A stretch of 64,000 nt of DNA from Halodesulfurarchaeum sp. (GCA_034520565.1 JAXHNL010000002.1:96001-160000), one strand, 5' to 3'; numbered from the stretch's first letter, positions 9,695-20,593 are shown. Notes: a model not told the origin generated them from the letters alone. Program-made: numbers and translations.

Positions 9695-10291
9695 TCAGTC
9701 GCTCTCGAAGGTCACTTGGGCGCCCGAGGACTCGATGATCACGTTGCCCTTCCGACTCTGGGCCTGCGCGACGGCCGAATCGGTCACCTCCTTCATGAGT
9801 TCGTCCATCGGACCAGCTTTCAGTGCATCGCCGACACAGTTGTCAACACAGTTGGGTTTGGCCCCGCCGTCCTCTTCTTTGGCTTTCGCCGGCTTCCCAT
9901 GGCCGTCGCCGGCACCTTCGCCCAGACAGAGGTGACACTTCTGCATCTTGTTGTCCCCGTCGAACTTCGGTGCGCCGTAGGGACACGCCCAGGCGCAGTA
10001 GTGACACCCGATACACTTGTCCTGGTTGACGGTGACGATACCGTCCTCGTTGCGCTTCTCGATCGCGCCGGTCGGACACACCGTTTCACACGGCGGGTCC
10101 TCACAGTGCATGCAGGCGATCGAGACCGACATCTGCTGGTAGTCGGGGAATGTCCCGTTCTCGGCGTGAACGACCCGCCGCCACTTGGCACCGTCAGCGT
10201 CGATGTCGTTTTGCACGCGACAGGCGACCGTGCAGGCGTGACAGCCGATGCATTTGTTCGCGTTGAAGTAAAAGCCCCATTGCTCGGTCAT
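9695..10291 (-). CDS. 4Fe-4S electron-transfer subunit (PsrB/PhsB/DmsB family)
   Basis: CIGCHACTVAC, CMHCEDPPCETVCP, CIGCHYCAWACP, KCHLC...C. Confidence 0.93.
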   Translation of the reverse strand: MTEQWGFYFNANKCIGCHACTVACRVQNDIDADGAKWRRVVHAENGTFPDYQQMSVSIACMHCEDPPCETVCPTGAIEKRNEDGIVTVNQDKCIGCHYCAWACPYGAPKFDGDNKMQKCHLCLGEGAGDGHGKPAKAKEEDGGAKPNCVDNCVGDALKAGPMDELMKEVTDSAVAQAQSRKGNVIIESSGAQVTFESD

Positions 10292-12592
10292 TGGGGCTCA
10301 CCTCCGAGGCGCTCGACCTCGACAGGATGGTTCCGTGACACCATTCCGGTCGTCGGTTCCATGTGCCGTTCTCTGTTGAGTTTCATGCTGTGACCACCTT
10401 CCTCGTCCGGGTGCGGCGAGCCTTCGCCGAACCCGCTCTCTGTCACGACCCACCCTGGGCGGACCCCTTCCCAGACGTCCGCCATGAGTTCGATTTCGTC
10501 GTCCACCGACCCGACTGCCACCCAGTCGCCGTCCTCGATACCGCGCTCCTCGGCGTCCACCGGATTGATGTGGAGGTAGTTTCCACGGTAATCCTCGTCT
10601 TCGTGGCCGAACCGGGCCGCGTATTCCTCGAGTGACTGTTTCAGTGCCTGACAGTGACCACGGGATATCTGCTCGACGAACGCGTCGGTGAACAGGAGCG
10701 GATACTCCTCGGAGGTCGTTTCCCCGAAGTGCCCGTCATCGGGCGGAATCCAGGCAGGTGCTGTACTGATGCCGATATCGTCGGCCAGCGCAGCGTAGTC
10801 CTCCTTGACGTCGAGGTCGAAGTTGAACAACCCGTTGACGGTGTTGAAATCGCGGTCCTCGTACTGCCGGTAGGGGAACTCGCTGATGACCTCGTAGTTC
10901 TTCTCGTCGAGTTCGTCGAAGGTCATCCCGAGCGGCTCGAGTACGTCGTCGTAGTACGCCTCCGCGTTCTCCCAGGGGAAGTACTCGCCGTCGCCCATCT
11001 CCTCGGCGAGACCTTTGTAGATCTTGTAGTCCTGGATGCAGTCACCGAGCGGCTCGATGGCCCCCTTCGATCCGGTGACCCACCCGCTCGTGGGATATGC
11101 ACCGTCGCCACCGGCTTTGAAAATCGGCTGTTCCAATTGCGAGGCGCCGGGGAAGACCACGTCGGCCCGCTTGCTGACTCCCGTCCAGAACGCGTCGACG
11201 GTAATGACCAGATCCATCGCTTCGAGGGCATCCCACCACGCCTGCGTGTTGCCACTTTTCGGCGGTTGGGACCAGTTCATGACGACCCCCTGAATGTCGC
11301 CCCGTTCGACGGCCGTCGGAACGAAGTTGTGCGAGAGGTCCCGGATGTGGCGCTGGAACGGGTAGTCGTCGTAATCCGGTGTAGGCTTGTCCGCGTGGTT
11401 CGACGGCAGGCTCACACCTTGTTTCTCGTGGGGCTTGCCGAGGCTGAACGGTTTCGTCCACTGGCGGGTCCCACCTTTGCTGTCGATGTTGCCGACGAGC
11501 CCGTTGAGCGCGTGGATGTTCTGGGAGTTCTTGAACCCGTTCGACTGGAAGGCGATTCCCGTCCACGGGAGAGCGACACACGACGGCGCCGCTTTCGCGA
11601 ATCCGATCGCGATATCCCGAATAAGGTCGGCGTCGACGTCCGTGATTTCGGCCGCCCACTCCGGCGTTTTGTCGGCGACGGCTTCCTTGTACGCCTGGAA
11701 CCCGTGGGTCCACTCCGAGACGAAATCCTCGTCGTAGAGGTTCTCCTCGATGATGACGTTGCCCATCGCCAGGGCGAGCGCCCCGTCCGTCCGGGGTTCG
11801 ATCGGAATCCACTTGTCGGCCTTCTCGGCGGTCTTCGTATATCGCGGGTCGATACAGACCAACGTCGCGTCGTTTTCCTCCTGGGCCTTGAGGACCCCTT
11901 TCGGCTCGGCCTGTCCGCGGAAGGCCTCCATGACGTTCCGACCCCAGGCGATGATGTACTCGGAGTTCTGCCAGTCGGGCCACTCGCGACCGTACCCTGA
12001 CATCCACGCCCAGGAGTCCGAGAACGGACCGTGACAGGTGGTCTTTCGGCCCTCGGATATCGGGGTTCCGTAAATGTTCTGGAAGAGCTGGGCCTCCCAT
12101 GGGTGTTTCCCGATGGGATAGCCCTTGTACCGGAGCAGTTTCTCCGGGCCATGTTCCTCGGCGAACGTCTCGAGACGATCCGCGGTATATTCGAACGCCT
12201 CGTCCCAGTCGACGGCCGTCAATTCGCCGTCCTTCCGGACGTGTGGCCGCCGGATCCGGTTCGGGTTGTAGGTCTTGTCCAGCTGGGCCATCCCCTTCGA
12301 ACAGAGGGTGCCCTTCCGTCCCCGCTCCAACACTCGCCTTCGGATGACCGTCGACACCCGTCAGGTCGATGGCTTTTCCGTCCTCGATAGTGATTTCCTG
12401 CCCACACACTTCCCGACAGATCCAACAGTTCCCGTGAGCGACCTCCCGGCCGTCGTCGCCCTCCTGGGCCTCTGCTTCACCGGTGATCCCAGAGACGCCG
12501 ACGCCGGTCAATCCCACTGCCGCTGCTGCTCCGCCTGCTTTCAGTAGCGTCCGGCGACGAACGCCACCCTCGTTTTGTGCTGATTTAGACAT
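10288..12592 (-). CDS. Tat-exported molybdopterin oxidoreductase catalytic subunit (Psr/Phs-like), split by a 1-nt frameshift at ~12311-12317
   Basis: N-terminal frame: RRRTLLK Tat signal and CWICREVC. Second frame resumes GTLCSKG, then TTCHG (candidate Cys Mo ligand), IDPRYT..A..AD, PRTDGALALA. Colinear with the paralog at 44142-46517. Confidence 0.88.
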
Positions 12593-12829
12593 TTATGAGT
12601 TGTCTCCTGTTTCGATCGGCCGGTCGTCCCGGCCGAACTCGTTTACGACCGCTTCGTGGTACTTCTCGTGGAATTCGACTTCCGAGAGTTCCCCGTCCGA
12701 GACGCGACGAGCGTCACGGGCCATCTGACGGCCGAGGTCCTCGTCGTACGTGGACTCCCGTGTGAGTGTCCCTACCTCGTCCCGAGAGAGCGGATGGCGT
12801 CGTTCGCCCGTCCCATCTTTTTTTGTCAT
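12593..12829 (-). CDS. Small DmsE-like / ferredoxin-N-terminal-domain protein
   Basis: YDEDLGRQMARDARRVSDGELSEVEFHEKYHEAVVNEFG; paralog of 46521-46742; first gene of the operon. Confidence 0.75.
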   Translation of the reverse strand: MTKKDGTGERRHPLSRDEVGTLTRESTYDEDLGRQMARDARRVSDGELSEVEFHEKYHEAVVNEFGRDDRPIETGDNS

Positions 12830-12898
12830 CTGGCCAGTCACCTAGTCCGTCTGAGAGTAGTATTCGGAGGTGCCTGAGGTCGACTCTTTCACCGACAA

Positions 12899-12914
12899 GG
12901 AGTTTTTATACCGC
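12899..12914 (-). promoter_or_regulatory. Putative TATA box of molybdoenzyme operon 1
   Basis: Minus strand CGGTATAAAAACT upstream of the first gene. Confidence 0.5.
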
Positions 12915-12996
12915 TGCTAGGCATCCACAAACATGTTGCTAGAAAACGATGTCCATTCGGGCCAAAGCAGATCCCAATCGGCGATGTGAGCTGGGG

Positions 12997-13062
12997 CTGA
13001 TCGGTCAGGTGGGGAACGGAACTGATCGCTCAGGTCAGGAACGAAACTGATCGCTCAGGTCA
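12997..13062. repeat. 25-bp-period tandem repeat (3 copies of CTGATCG(G/C)TCAGGT)
   Basis: Copies start at 12997, 13022 and 13047. Confidence 0.8.
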
Positions 13063-13084
13063 GAACCGGGGCTGGTCGATCATA

Positions 13085-13741
13085 TCAGCACCCGAACAGT
13101 TGCGTGATGAGTTTCTCCTCGACCGCACCCAACCGCTGGGATAGCGCCTGCTGGGAAATGTCCAGTTGGTCGGCCAACTCCTCGAGGGACGTCTCGCGTG
13201 GGCGCTTGTAGTATCCCTCCTCGATCGCCAGTTCGACGGCCGATTGTTGCTTCTCGGTGAGCGTGGAGAGGTCGACGCGTTCGATCCGGCTTGTGAGATC
13301 CGACCCTGAACCGGTGACGATTTCCTGGAGACTCACGGCGTTTCCGACAGACTTGAGTTCCTCGATCAGTTCCTCGAGAACCGATCGGTCGGGAACGTGA
13401 GTGGTAATCGTGATGCCGGTGTCGTCGGCGTCCGTGATGTCAGCGATGCACGCGTGTTCGTGAAACACGGTGCAGGCACAATCGTCCTCGAGTGGCTGTT
13501 GGGTCTGTTCGATGACAGTTTCGCTCCGCGTGACAATGGCCTTACAGAGGCAGGTGTCTCCGGCCAGTTGTGCCTCGATGTGTTTCGGGTTGACGTCGAA
13601 CTGAACCATGGGACAGTTGCCCTTGGGCTCGATCCGAATGACGACGCGCAGCATTCGCTGTTCGGGGCCTGGTGGCTGTTCGGGCGGTTTCACTCGAAGA
13701 CACCCCCATTCCACGACCGGACCCCGAAGCTGCTCATTCAC
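13085..13741 (-). CDS. DmsR/NarO-like Bat-family (HTH_10) transcription activator with a Cys cluster; start uncertain (13654-13741)
   Basis: C...CxCx7C (CACTVFHEHAC) and C-terminal LTEKQ...GYY..PRE..LEELA..L.IS. Confidence 0.85.
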   Translation of the reverse strand: MNEQLRGPVVEWGCLRVKPPEQPPGPEQRMLRVVIRIEPKGNCPMVQFDVNPKHIEAQLAGDTCLCKAIVTRSETVIEQTQQPLEDDCACTVFHEHACIADITDADDTGITITTHVPDRSVLEELIEELKSVGNAVSLQEIVTGSGSDLTSRIERVDLSTLTEKQQSAVELAIEEGYYKRPRETSLEELADQLDISQQALSQRLGAVEEKLITQLFGC

Positions 13742-13815
13742 TCTTCAGGTACGTTACGAGGGGGTATAAGAATGGCTACATCGACTCTGCAAGTACTGCC
13801 AAAAACCGACCCGGC

Positions 13816-14442
13816 TCAGGTGGACCACTCCCGAAGGAGCCGCTTCGCCCGTTCGAGGTCCGCCCGCGTGTTGACGTTGAAAAAGGTGTGTTCGTCGGCA
13901 CTCGCCCACAGTTCCTCGCCCGCGATGGTCACCGCGTCGAGGGACAGGGCGGGTTCGATCGGCCGTTCGACCCCGGATTCGAGCGCTTCTTCGACGGCCG
14001 CGACCATCGCCCCGACCCGGTACACTGCCTGCAAGGGTTGATACCAATTCCCCTCGCCGTGCCGTGGAATCGCCACGTCGTGGCCCCTCGCTCGGTCGAA
14101 GAGTTCCGCAACGAAATCGGGATCGACGAACGGCATGTCACACGCGACGACGACGGCGTACTCCGCGTCGGTCGCCTCGAGACCCCGCCCGATCCCGTGG
14201 AGCGGGCCTGCGTCCTCCCGTTCGTCGAAGGAGAAGGTGACCGGCGGGTCATATCCGGCCATCGCCCCTTCGATGCACTCGCGTTGGGACTCACGGCAGT
14301 TGATTACGAGTTCGTCGACGACGGGTTCGATCCGGTCGGCGACGTGGCGCACCAGGGGCCGACCGCCGAGGTTCGCACAGACCTTGTCGTCCTCACCGAA
14401 CCGGGTCGATCCGCCCCCGCAGACGAGCACTCCCGCGACCAT
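13816..14442 (-). CDS. mobA: Molybdenum cofactor guanylyltransferase
   Basis: GVLVCGGGSTRFGEDDK, GPLHGI, ACDMPF, FNVNT. Confidence 0.9.
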   Translation of the reverse strand: MVAGVLVCGGGSTRFGEDDKVCANLGGRPLVRHVADRIEPVVDELVINCRESQRECIEGAMAGYDPPVTFSFDEREDAGPLHGIGRGLEATDAEYAVVVACDMPFVDPDFVAELFDRARGHDVAIPRHGEGNWYQPLQAVYRVGAMVAAVEEALESGVERPIEPALSLDAVTIAGEELWASADEHTFFNVNTRADLERAKRLLREWST

Positions 14443-14542
14443 TGCTCGGGCGTACGTCGTGCCGGTATAGGAGTCCTTGGATCGAAGGCGGCTCCGGGAA
14501 CGGCACAAACGTTCACAACGATCCAGCTCGAAGAGTCCTCGA

Positions 14543-15076
14543 ATGCACATTGCACTTCCGACCGGTGAAAATGGCGGCAAAGCGGCACCAGTATCGGAAC
14601 ATTTCGGGCGGACGGCGGGCTTTACGATCGTCGATACCGAAACGGACGAATCCGAATTCGTGGCCCACACCGGCGGCCACGGCCCGGACGCGAATCCGCC
14701 ACCGGTGACCGTCGCCGACGCCGGAGTCGAAGTAGTGATCGCGGGAAACATCGGTCGAGGAGCCGTCTCAAGACTCCGATCCGCAGGGGCCACCGTCTAT
14801 CGAGGGGCGGACGGAACCGTCAGCGAGGCGATCGAGCAGTGGCGGGACGGGGAACTCGACGAGGTGGAGACGGCGGACGTGCACGGACATGATCACGAAC
14901 ATGGGTACGATCACGAACATGAGCACGATCACGGTCATAGCCACGGAGACGGTCATGGTCACGACCACGGGGCTGGCCACGGCCACGATGGGTGTAACTG
15001 CGACGAACACGATCACAAAGCAGACGACGGGGACGAGGGCGGATCGGAGAACACAGTCCCACCGTTCGATCGCTGA
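14543..15076 (+). CDS. NifB/NifX-family cofactor-binding protein with a His-rich tail
   Basis: VSEHFGR, VIAGNIG.GA...L...G, then a long (HD/HE/HG)n tail. Confidence 0.85.
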   Translation: MHIALPTGENGGKAAPVSEHFGRTAGFTIVDTETDESEFVAHTGGHGPDANPPPVTVADAGVEVVIAGNIGRGAVSRLRSAGATVYRGADGTVSEAIEQWRDGELDEVETADVHGHDHEHGYDHEHEHDHGHSHGDGHGHDHGAGHGHDGCNCDEHDHKADDGDEGGSENTVPPFDR

Positions 15077-15106
15077 GAAACGCGGATCGATACCGGTATC
15101 GATCGC

Positions 15107-15475
15107 TCAGAACGGCGTTTCGGGTCCGGCCGTCTCTTCGCCATCGTTGTCGTAGTTCGGCACCCTGATCCCCATCGATTCGAGTTTCGCCTTCCCGGTC
15201 TCGGTGGCCTTCTCGGGGGACCACGGCGGTTCCCAGACGAGTTCGACATCGACCTCCGAAACCCCTTCGACGGCTCCTGCAGCCACGTTCACGTTCCGCT
15301 TGATGGAATCCGCGATCGGGCACCCCATACTCGTCAGGGTCATTTCGATGTGTGCCGAACCCGTATCCTCCTCGACCTCGATGGAGTACACGAGTCCGAG
15401 GTCGACGATGTTCACCGGAATCTCCGGGTCGTACACCTCCGATAACGCGTCCCGGATCTCGTCGCTGAGTGCCAT
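15107..15475 (-). CDS. Metal-sulfur cluster assembly factor (DUF59/SufT/PaaD-like)
   Basis: VYDPEIPVNIVDLGLVY, MTLTSMGCP, VWEPPW. Confidence 0.9.
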   Translation of the reverse strand: MALSDEIRDALSEVYDPEIPVNIVDLGLVYSIEVEEDTGSAHIEMTLTSMGCPIADSIKRNVNVAAGAVEGVSEVDVELVWEPPWSPEKATETGKAKLESMGIRVPNYDNDGEETAGPETPF

Positions 15476-15567
15476 TACCCGCCCTTGGCTACTCAGCGTC
15501 AAAAGTATTGTTCTACCCGTTCAATTCTCCCCGGTTTTCCCACACGATCCGGGCGTTTCCAGGACGG

Positions 15568-15798
15568 TTAGTTACCAGGCCCGAAAATGCCGGCCGCCTC
15601 CAATCTGGCCCGGAGGTCGTCGTCTTCGAGGTTCGCTTCCAGTTCCGCGATGTCGATGTGCTCCACGGACAGATCCTCCTCGACGGCCTCGAGAAGCTGC
15701 AACGCCGTCCTGACGTTGAACGCACACTCGTCGGTTTCACACGCTTCGAGTGAGTCTTCGAGAAGACGACGGACGGCCACGAGACTAGATTCGGTCAT
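15568..15798 (-). CDS. Small acidic hypothetical protein
   Basis: Acidic helical ORF MTESSLVAVRRLLEDSLEAC...VRTALQLL. Confidence 0.55.
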   Translation of the reverse strand: MTESSLVAVRRLLEDSLEACETDECAFNVRTALQLLEAVEEDLSVEHIDIAELEANLEDDDLRARLEAAGIFGPGN

Positions 15799-15903
15799 AC
15801 ACTCGGATAGGCAGGGACGGCCCTGAAACTTTCGCTCGCTGCCGCCCTGAGAAAATCGCGGTGGGAGACACACGTTTCAGCGTGGCAGCCGAACCGCTCG
15901 ACG

Positions 15904-16428
15904 ATGGATTTCGACGTTTCGACTGCACTCGACGCGTACGCGGAGACCCAGGGCGTACTCCCCGATCGACTCGAGACGTTCGGGACCCACTATCGCGAGC
16001 AGGGCTATCTCGACCGGGACCAACTCTACGATCTCGCCTACGCGACCTCGACCCGAAGCGCGTACCACGTCGAGACGAATCCGCCGGATCGCTGCCGGGA
16101 AGTGACCGAAAACGTGCTGAAAGTCGACGGTGATTTCTCGAAGATCCAGTTGCTAACCGGGCTCAGCGGGTTCAAGGCCCCGACCGCTTCGGCGGTGCTT
16201 GCGGCACTCGACCCAGACCGGCACGCGGTGGTCGACACCCGTGTCTGGGCCCACCTCGAACGGCTCGGCTTCCTCGACGGGCGAAAGGAATCCTTCGACG
16301 CGGCCGACTACGTCACGATGATCGAGCCGATTCGGGAACTCGCGACCGAGACGGGCTATTCCGCCGCGGAAGTCGGCTACGCGCTGTTCGCTGCGGACGT
16401 CCGAGAGCGAGACGGGACACTTCACTGA
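15904..16428 (+). CDS. Hypothetical protein with a helix-hairpin-helix-like motif
   Basis: LTGLSGFKAPTASAVL...AVVDTRVW resembles HhH-GPD glycosylase cores. Confidence 0.65.
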   Translation: MDFDVSTALDAYAETQGVLPDRLETFGTHYREQGYLDRDQLYDLAYATSTRSAYHVETNPPDRCREVTENVLKVDGDFSKIQLLTGLSGFKAPTASAVLAALDPDRHAVVDTRVWAHLERLGFLDGRKESFDAADYVTMIEPIRELATETGYSAAEVGYALFAADVRERDGTLH

Positions 16429-16537
16429 CGAGCCTGGCCGAGTCAGGGCGGTCACGGACCAGTCTTTTCGCCATCCGAACCGGACCGCAGCCGAACTCGG
16501 GTACGCTTTTGCAGGGGCGGGACGTAGGGGGACACAC

Positions 16538-17715
16538 ATGTCGGGAAAAACACAGTACCTGGCCGAGAAAGTCGAGGAGATGCGGGAGCGGGGGAAACCT
16601 GGGACCTCCGCCAACTCGAGGGGCCATCGAAGCCGAACGTCACCGTCGAGGGTAAAGAGGCCGTCCTCCTCGCCGCGAACAACTACCTCGACCTCGCGAA
16701 CGATCCACGGGTCAAGCAGGCAGCACAGGAGGCGATCGAGGACTACGGCATGGGCGCGGGGTCGGACTGGTCGATCGCGGGGTACATGGAGATCCAGGAC
16801 GAACTCCACCGAAAGATCGCCGACTTCAAGAACACGGAGGCGGGGATCGCCTTCCAGACCGGCTTCGCCGTGAACGCCGGCGTCCTGCCCCAGTTGCTGG
16901 AAGACGGTGACGTCTACATCTCCGACGAGTTGAACCACGGCAGCATCATCGACGGAGTGCGACTCTCGCCGGCGGACGTGAAAATATATGACCACACGGA
17001 CATGGCCAGCCTCGAGGAGACCCTCGAGGCCGTCCACGGGGAGTACAACCGGATGATCATCGTGACCGACGGCGTGTTCTCGATGGACGGCGACGTCGCC
17101 CCGATGGACGAGATTCAGGAACTCGCCGAGGAATACGGCGCGATGACCTACGTCGACGACGCCCACGGCGAAGGCGTGCTCGGGGAGGGACACGGGATCG
17201 CCACCGAGTTCGACCTCGAGGAGGACATCGACTTCCAGATGGGCACGTTTTCAAAGGCAGCCGGCGCCTTCGGTGGCATGCTCGCCGGCGACGAGGAGGT
17301 CATCGAGTACGCGTACAACACCTCACGGACGTGGCTCCTGAGCGCCGGCTATCCCCCGGCGATCGCCGCAGCCAACATCAAGGCCCTCGAGATCATCGAG
17401 GACGAACCGGGACGGGTCGAGAAACTCTGGGAGAATCGGGAGTACTTCATCACCGAAATGGAGGCGATGGGCTGGGACACCGGTCGGAGCGAGACGCCGA
17501 TCGTGCCCGCCATGGTCGGGGACAGCAACAAGGCAAAGGAACTCGGCAACCGCCTCTTCGAGAACGGGATCTTCGCCCTCCCGATCGTGTTCCCGATGGT
17601 CCCACGGGGCGAGGCGCGGATCCGCAACCAGCTCAGCGCCGGCCACTCGACTGAAGATATCGACGAGGCGCTGCGGGTCTACGAGGAGGTCGGGCGGGAT
17701 CTAGATCTGATCTGA
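16538..17715 (+). CDS. kbl: Glycine C-acetyltransferase (2-amino-3-ketobutyrate CoA ligase), with a frameshift in the G run at 16590-16594
   Basis: ANNYL, SDELNHGSIIDG, TDGVFSMDG, DDAHGEG, GTFSKA (PLP Lys), ARIRNQ. Adding one G joins MSGKTQ... to ETWDLRQLEG. Confidence 0.8.
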
Positions 17716-17895
17716 GGGTGGTTCGGGGCCGTCGGTTCGGTCCGGGCTCAGATGGCGATGTGAATGTGACTTGGGTTAAACGGGAAAACATGGGCGAAAT
17801 CGGAGCAGCTGGGTGAAAGCCGGTAGCATCGAAGCGTTTGGGGTCATCGAAGTGAGGTCACTCGGCGCCAAGCAGGGGCCGAACACTCGGCCTTC

Positions 17896-19977
17896 TCAAA
17901 GTTTGTCGGCGGCTTTCGCTTGGTCGCTTCGACGGTTAGCCTGATCGAGGCGATTGCTCGTGGCTCGAGCGAGGCTCTCCGGGAGTGAGTCTTTTGCCGC
18001 TTCCAGTCTGGTTGCGACGCGGTTCAGTCGCTCGATCACCGTATCGAGGTTCTGGTCGGCTTGATCCCGCTCCCCGGCCTCTGCGGCCTCAGCCGCACGC
18101 CGCGCAGCGTCGGTAACGGCGTCCAGTGCGTTCGCAAGCCCTCTAACGGCGTTTTCCCTGCCCCCACCATCCTGTTGATCGTCGTCACCGTCGTCGCTAT
18201 CACCCTCGACGGCCGCCACTTTGTCTCGGGTCTCCTGGGTGACAGCTGCGAGGTACTCCGCGAGCGGTGCCTTTCCGGTGCGTGGATTGTCCACCCGCAC
18301 GCGCTCTTCGTCACCAGGGTTGATGCGGAACGCGCCGATCTCGCCGTCGCTATCTCGGACTTCCGTCGTGTACGCCCCGCCGTTGTGGACGTAGACGGCG
18401 TCCGGACCTGACAGCGGTGCGTCGTACATGCGCCCCGCGAAATCGTCCTCGACGGCGAGATCTCGCAGGTCGGTGTCCGCCTCGCTCGGATCGATCTCCA
18501 TTTTCACGGCGTGCTCGCGGGCGACGACGGGTATCTCTCCCTCGATACCGGCCGGCGTCACCGCGTCGTCCGCGGCAACGGTCACGGTCTCAGAGTGGGG
18601 TGTGACGCCTGCGCCGTTGATCGTCAATTCGTGGTCGCCTGCAGGAACGTCCTGAACGACGGCGATACCGTTGAACGTGGGGACAGCCTCTGGGTCACTC
18701 TGCAACAGCGCGAACATCTCAAGCGGCGAGGAGACGGTCGTCAGTCCCTCGTCCTCCGGGGCATCCTCCTCGGAGACGGCGTTCGTCACCCCGGCGACGA
18801 CCTGGCCAACAGGAGACGGCTCACCAATGGCATCATAGCGGTCGGCCAGCGCCTGCCTGTGTTTCGGCTCGCTGATGTCGGAAGCGGGGTTCTCGTAGCG
18901 CAGGTCCTTCCACGGGACGCCCGCGGTAGTGATATGGCTCGAAACGGCGTTCTCCGCGAACTCCGGGATGGTGAACTCGAAGCTCAACTGCGGCCCGACG
19001 AAGTCGTCGATGTGTTCGAGATCGCTGCTCGGACGCAGGTCGTAGGGCACGTCGGTTTCCGCGACCTGTGCATCGTAATAGTCGAATCGGTAACCGGTCT
19101 CCCGTTCGGGGAGTTCCGGCGGCGATTGCAGCTCGTCAAACGAGCGGATCGTGAGCTCGTCCGGCATGAGGTCCGAGGCGTCCACGGATGGCAGTCGGTC
19201 GTGCTCGTAGATCGGTTCTTCGTCGAGTTCCGGAATCGAGTAGGGGAGCGCAAAGCCTTCGTCCCGCGGGAGGCCGTACGCCAGCGGAATAGCCGCGAGG
19301 GCGTCGATACCGTCGATGACGCTGTTGGTGATGTCGGCGACGCTACCCGCTAGCGGGAGTCGCTGGAAGTGTTCGGCGTCGTCGTTGACCGAGAGCCCGC
19401 TGGAGTGTGACCCGAGTTCGGAGAGAATCCGCGGTCTGACAGGCTCGGGGTCCAGAAACTCGTTGTTCGGGACGTTCCGAGAGTGGGAACTTGCCACGTG
19501 GAGTTGAATGTCCCCAGTGTCGCTATCCACGAACACCTGCAGGAGTTCCCAGTCGTGCCAGTGGAAGTTCGCGGTGAACTGGTCGAACACGGAGTAAAAC
19601 CAGAACTGGACGACCGCCAGCGAGGATCCCTCGTACTCGACGACGTTGTAGAAGCCGGTCGGCGCGGGCGGGTCGTCTGCACCACCCTGTTCGACGTAGC
19701 CGTCGAGTGCATCGAAACCGTCGACGACCGTTTCCCCGTCGAGTTCGCGCTCGAACGGTCGGGGATCCGTCGGGAACCACCGCTCGTTTTCGTCGAAGTA
19801 AAGCGTCGGTGCGAACTGTTCAGCGAGTGCCTGGGCCCGCTCGCCGGTGACAGTCGACACGCCGCCATCGTCGCCGGTGTCGAACATCGAGCACCCGGCA
19901 AGCGCCGCTGTCCCGCCTCCAGCAAGGGAGGCGAGGAACGTTCGTCGATCGAAGTCGATTGGATTCTGTTCTGGCAT
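17896..19977 (-). CDS. Large Tat-exported lipoprotein of unknown function
   Basis: DRRTFL...LAGC lipobox; QFWFYSVFD...HWHDWE motif. Confidence 0.75.
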   Translation of the reverse strand: MPEQNPIDFDRRTFLASLAGGGTAALAGCSMFDTGDDGGVSTVTGERAQALAEQFAPTLYFDENERWFPTDPRPFERELDGETVVDGFDALDGYVEQGGADDPPAPTGFYNVVEYEGSSLAVVQFWFYSVFDQFTANFHWHDWELLQVFVDSDTGDIQLHVASSHSRNVPNNEFLDPEPVRPRILSELGSHSSGLSVNDDAEHFQRLPLAGSVADITNSVIDGIDALAAIPLAYGLPRDEGFALPYSIPELDEEPIYEHDRLPSVDASDLMPDELTIRSFDELQSPPELPERETGYRFDYYDAQVAETDVPYDLRPSSDLEHIDDFVGPQLSFEFTIPEFAENAVSSHITTAGVPWKDLRYENPASDISEPKHRQALADRYDAIGEPSPVGQVVAGVTNAVSEEDAPEDEGLTTVSSPLEMFALLQSDPEAVPTFNGIAVVQDVPAGDHELTINGAGVTPHSETVTVAADDAVTPAGIEGEIPVVAREHAVKMEIDPSEADTDLRDLAVEDDFAGRMYDAPLSGPDAVYVHNGGAYTTEVRDSDGEIGAFRINPGDEERVRVDNPRTGKAPLAEYLAAVTQETRDKVAAVEGDSDDGDDDQQDGGGRENAVRGLANALDAVTDAARRAAEAAEAGERDQADQNLDTVIERLNRVATRLEAAKDSLPESLARATSNRLDQANRRSDQAKAADKL

Positions 19978-20050
19978 ACTATCTCTCCATTGGTTCCGGA
20001 TACAACGGGCAGACCGAGCGGCGCCCGTGAGATAAACGGCCCGTCACGGG

Positions 20051-20584
20051 TTAGGCCACCTGTTCGCTGCTCTGGAACGTGACCGTCGTGTCGTCCGATT
20101 GCACGGTCGTGAGGATGGTGATCCACCCGTCTTCCTGATCGATCATGAGCCCCTCTTGAAGCGACAGTTCAACCCGTTCCGTGGTCGTGTGGGTGCCACC
20201 AGCCTCCATGGTGCCGACTTCTTCCGTGCCTTCCCAGACCATATCCGCCGAGTTAGTGTTGTCTTCTCCGGCGAAGATACGGACGTATACGGTGACGTTG
20301 GTCGCGGTCTCGTCTTGGTTATTAGTGAGTGATGAGGTCACGTCCCGGCACGTCGATCCACACGCTTCAATATCGTCTATCGAGAACGTGAACGGTTCTG
20401 CATCTTCAGTCGATGTCGCTTCTGATCCACCGACATCCGTGTCCTCCTCGGTCGGGAACTCCTCGATCTCGTCGCCGGAATTTCCACCGGGAGCCGGACC
20501 GACACCGGTATAGAGAGCCGCGCCAAGGCCCCCGACGATGATGAGAACGACGAGAACGCCACCGATCACGTACTTCTTATTCAT
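20051..20584 (-). CDS. Membrane-anchored secreted hypothetical protein
   Basis: N-terminal TM helix, CGSTCR, beta-rich acidic domain. Confidence 0.7.
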   Translation of the reverse strand: MNKKYVIGGVLVVLIIVGGLGAALYTGVGPAPGGNSGDEIEEFPTEEDTDVGGSEATSTEDAEPFTFSIDDIEACGSTCRDVTSSLTNNQDETATNVTVYVRIFAGEDNTNSADMVWEGTEEVGTMEAGGTHTTTERVELSLQEGLMIDQEDGWITILTTVQSDDTTVTFQSSEQVA

Positions 20585-20593
20585 CTGTCCGGC

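Noticed and set aside
10288-12592. Selenocysteine recoding or formate dehydrogenase
   Set aside because: The break is a frame change, not an in-frame TGA, and the subunit is colinear with the Psr-like paralog despite its FdnI-like anchor.
12997-13062. Mini-CRISPR
   Set aside because: The 25-bp period has near-identical linkers and no unique spacers.
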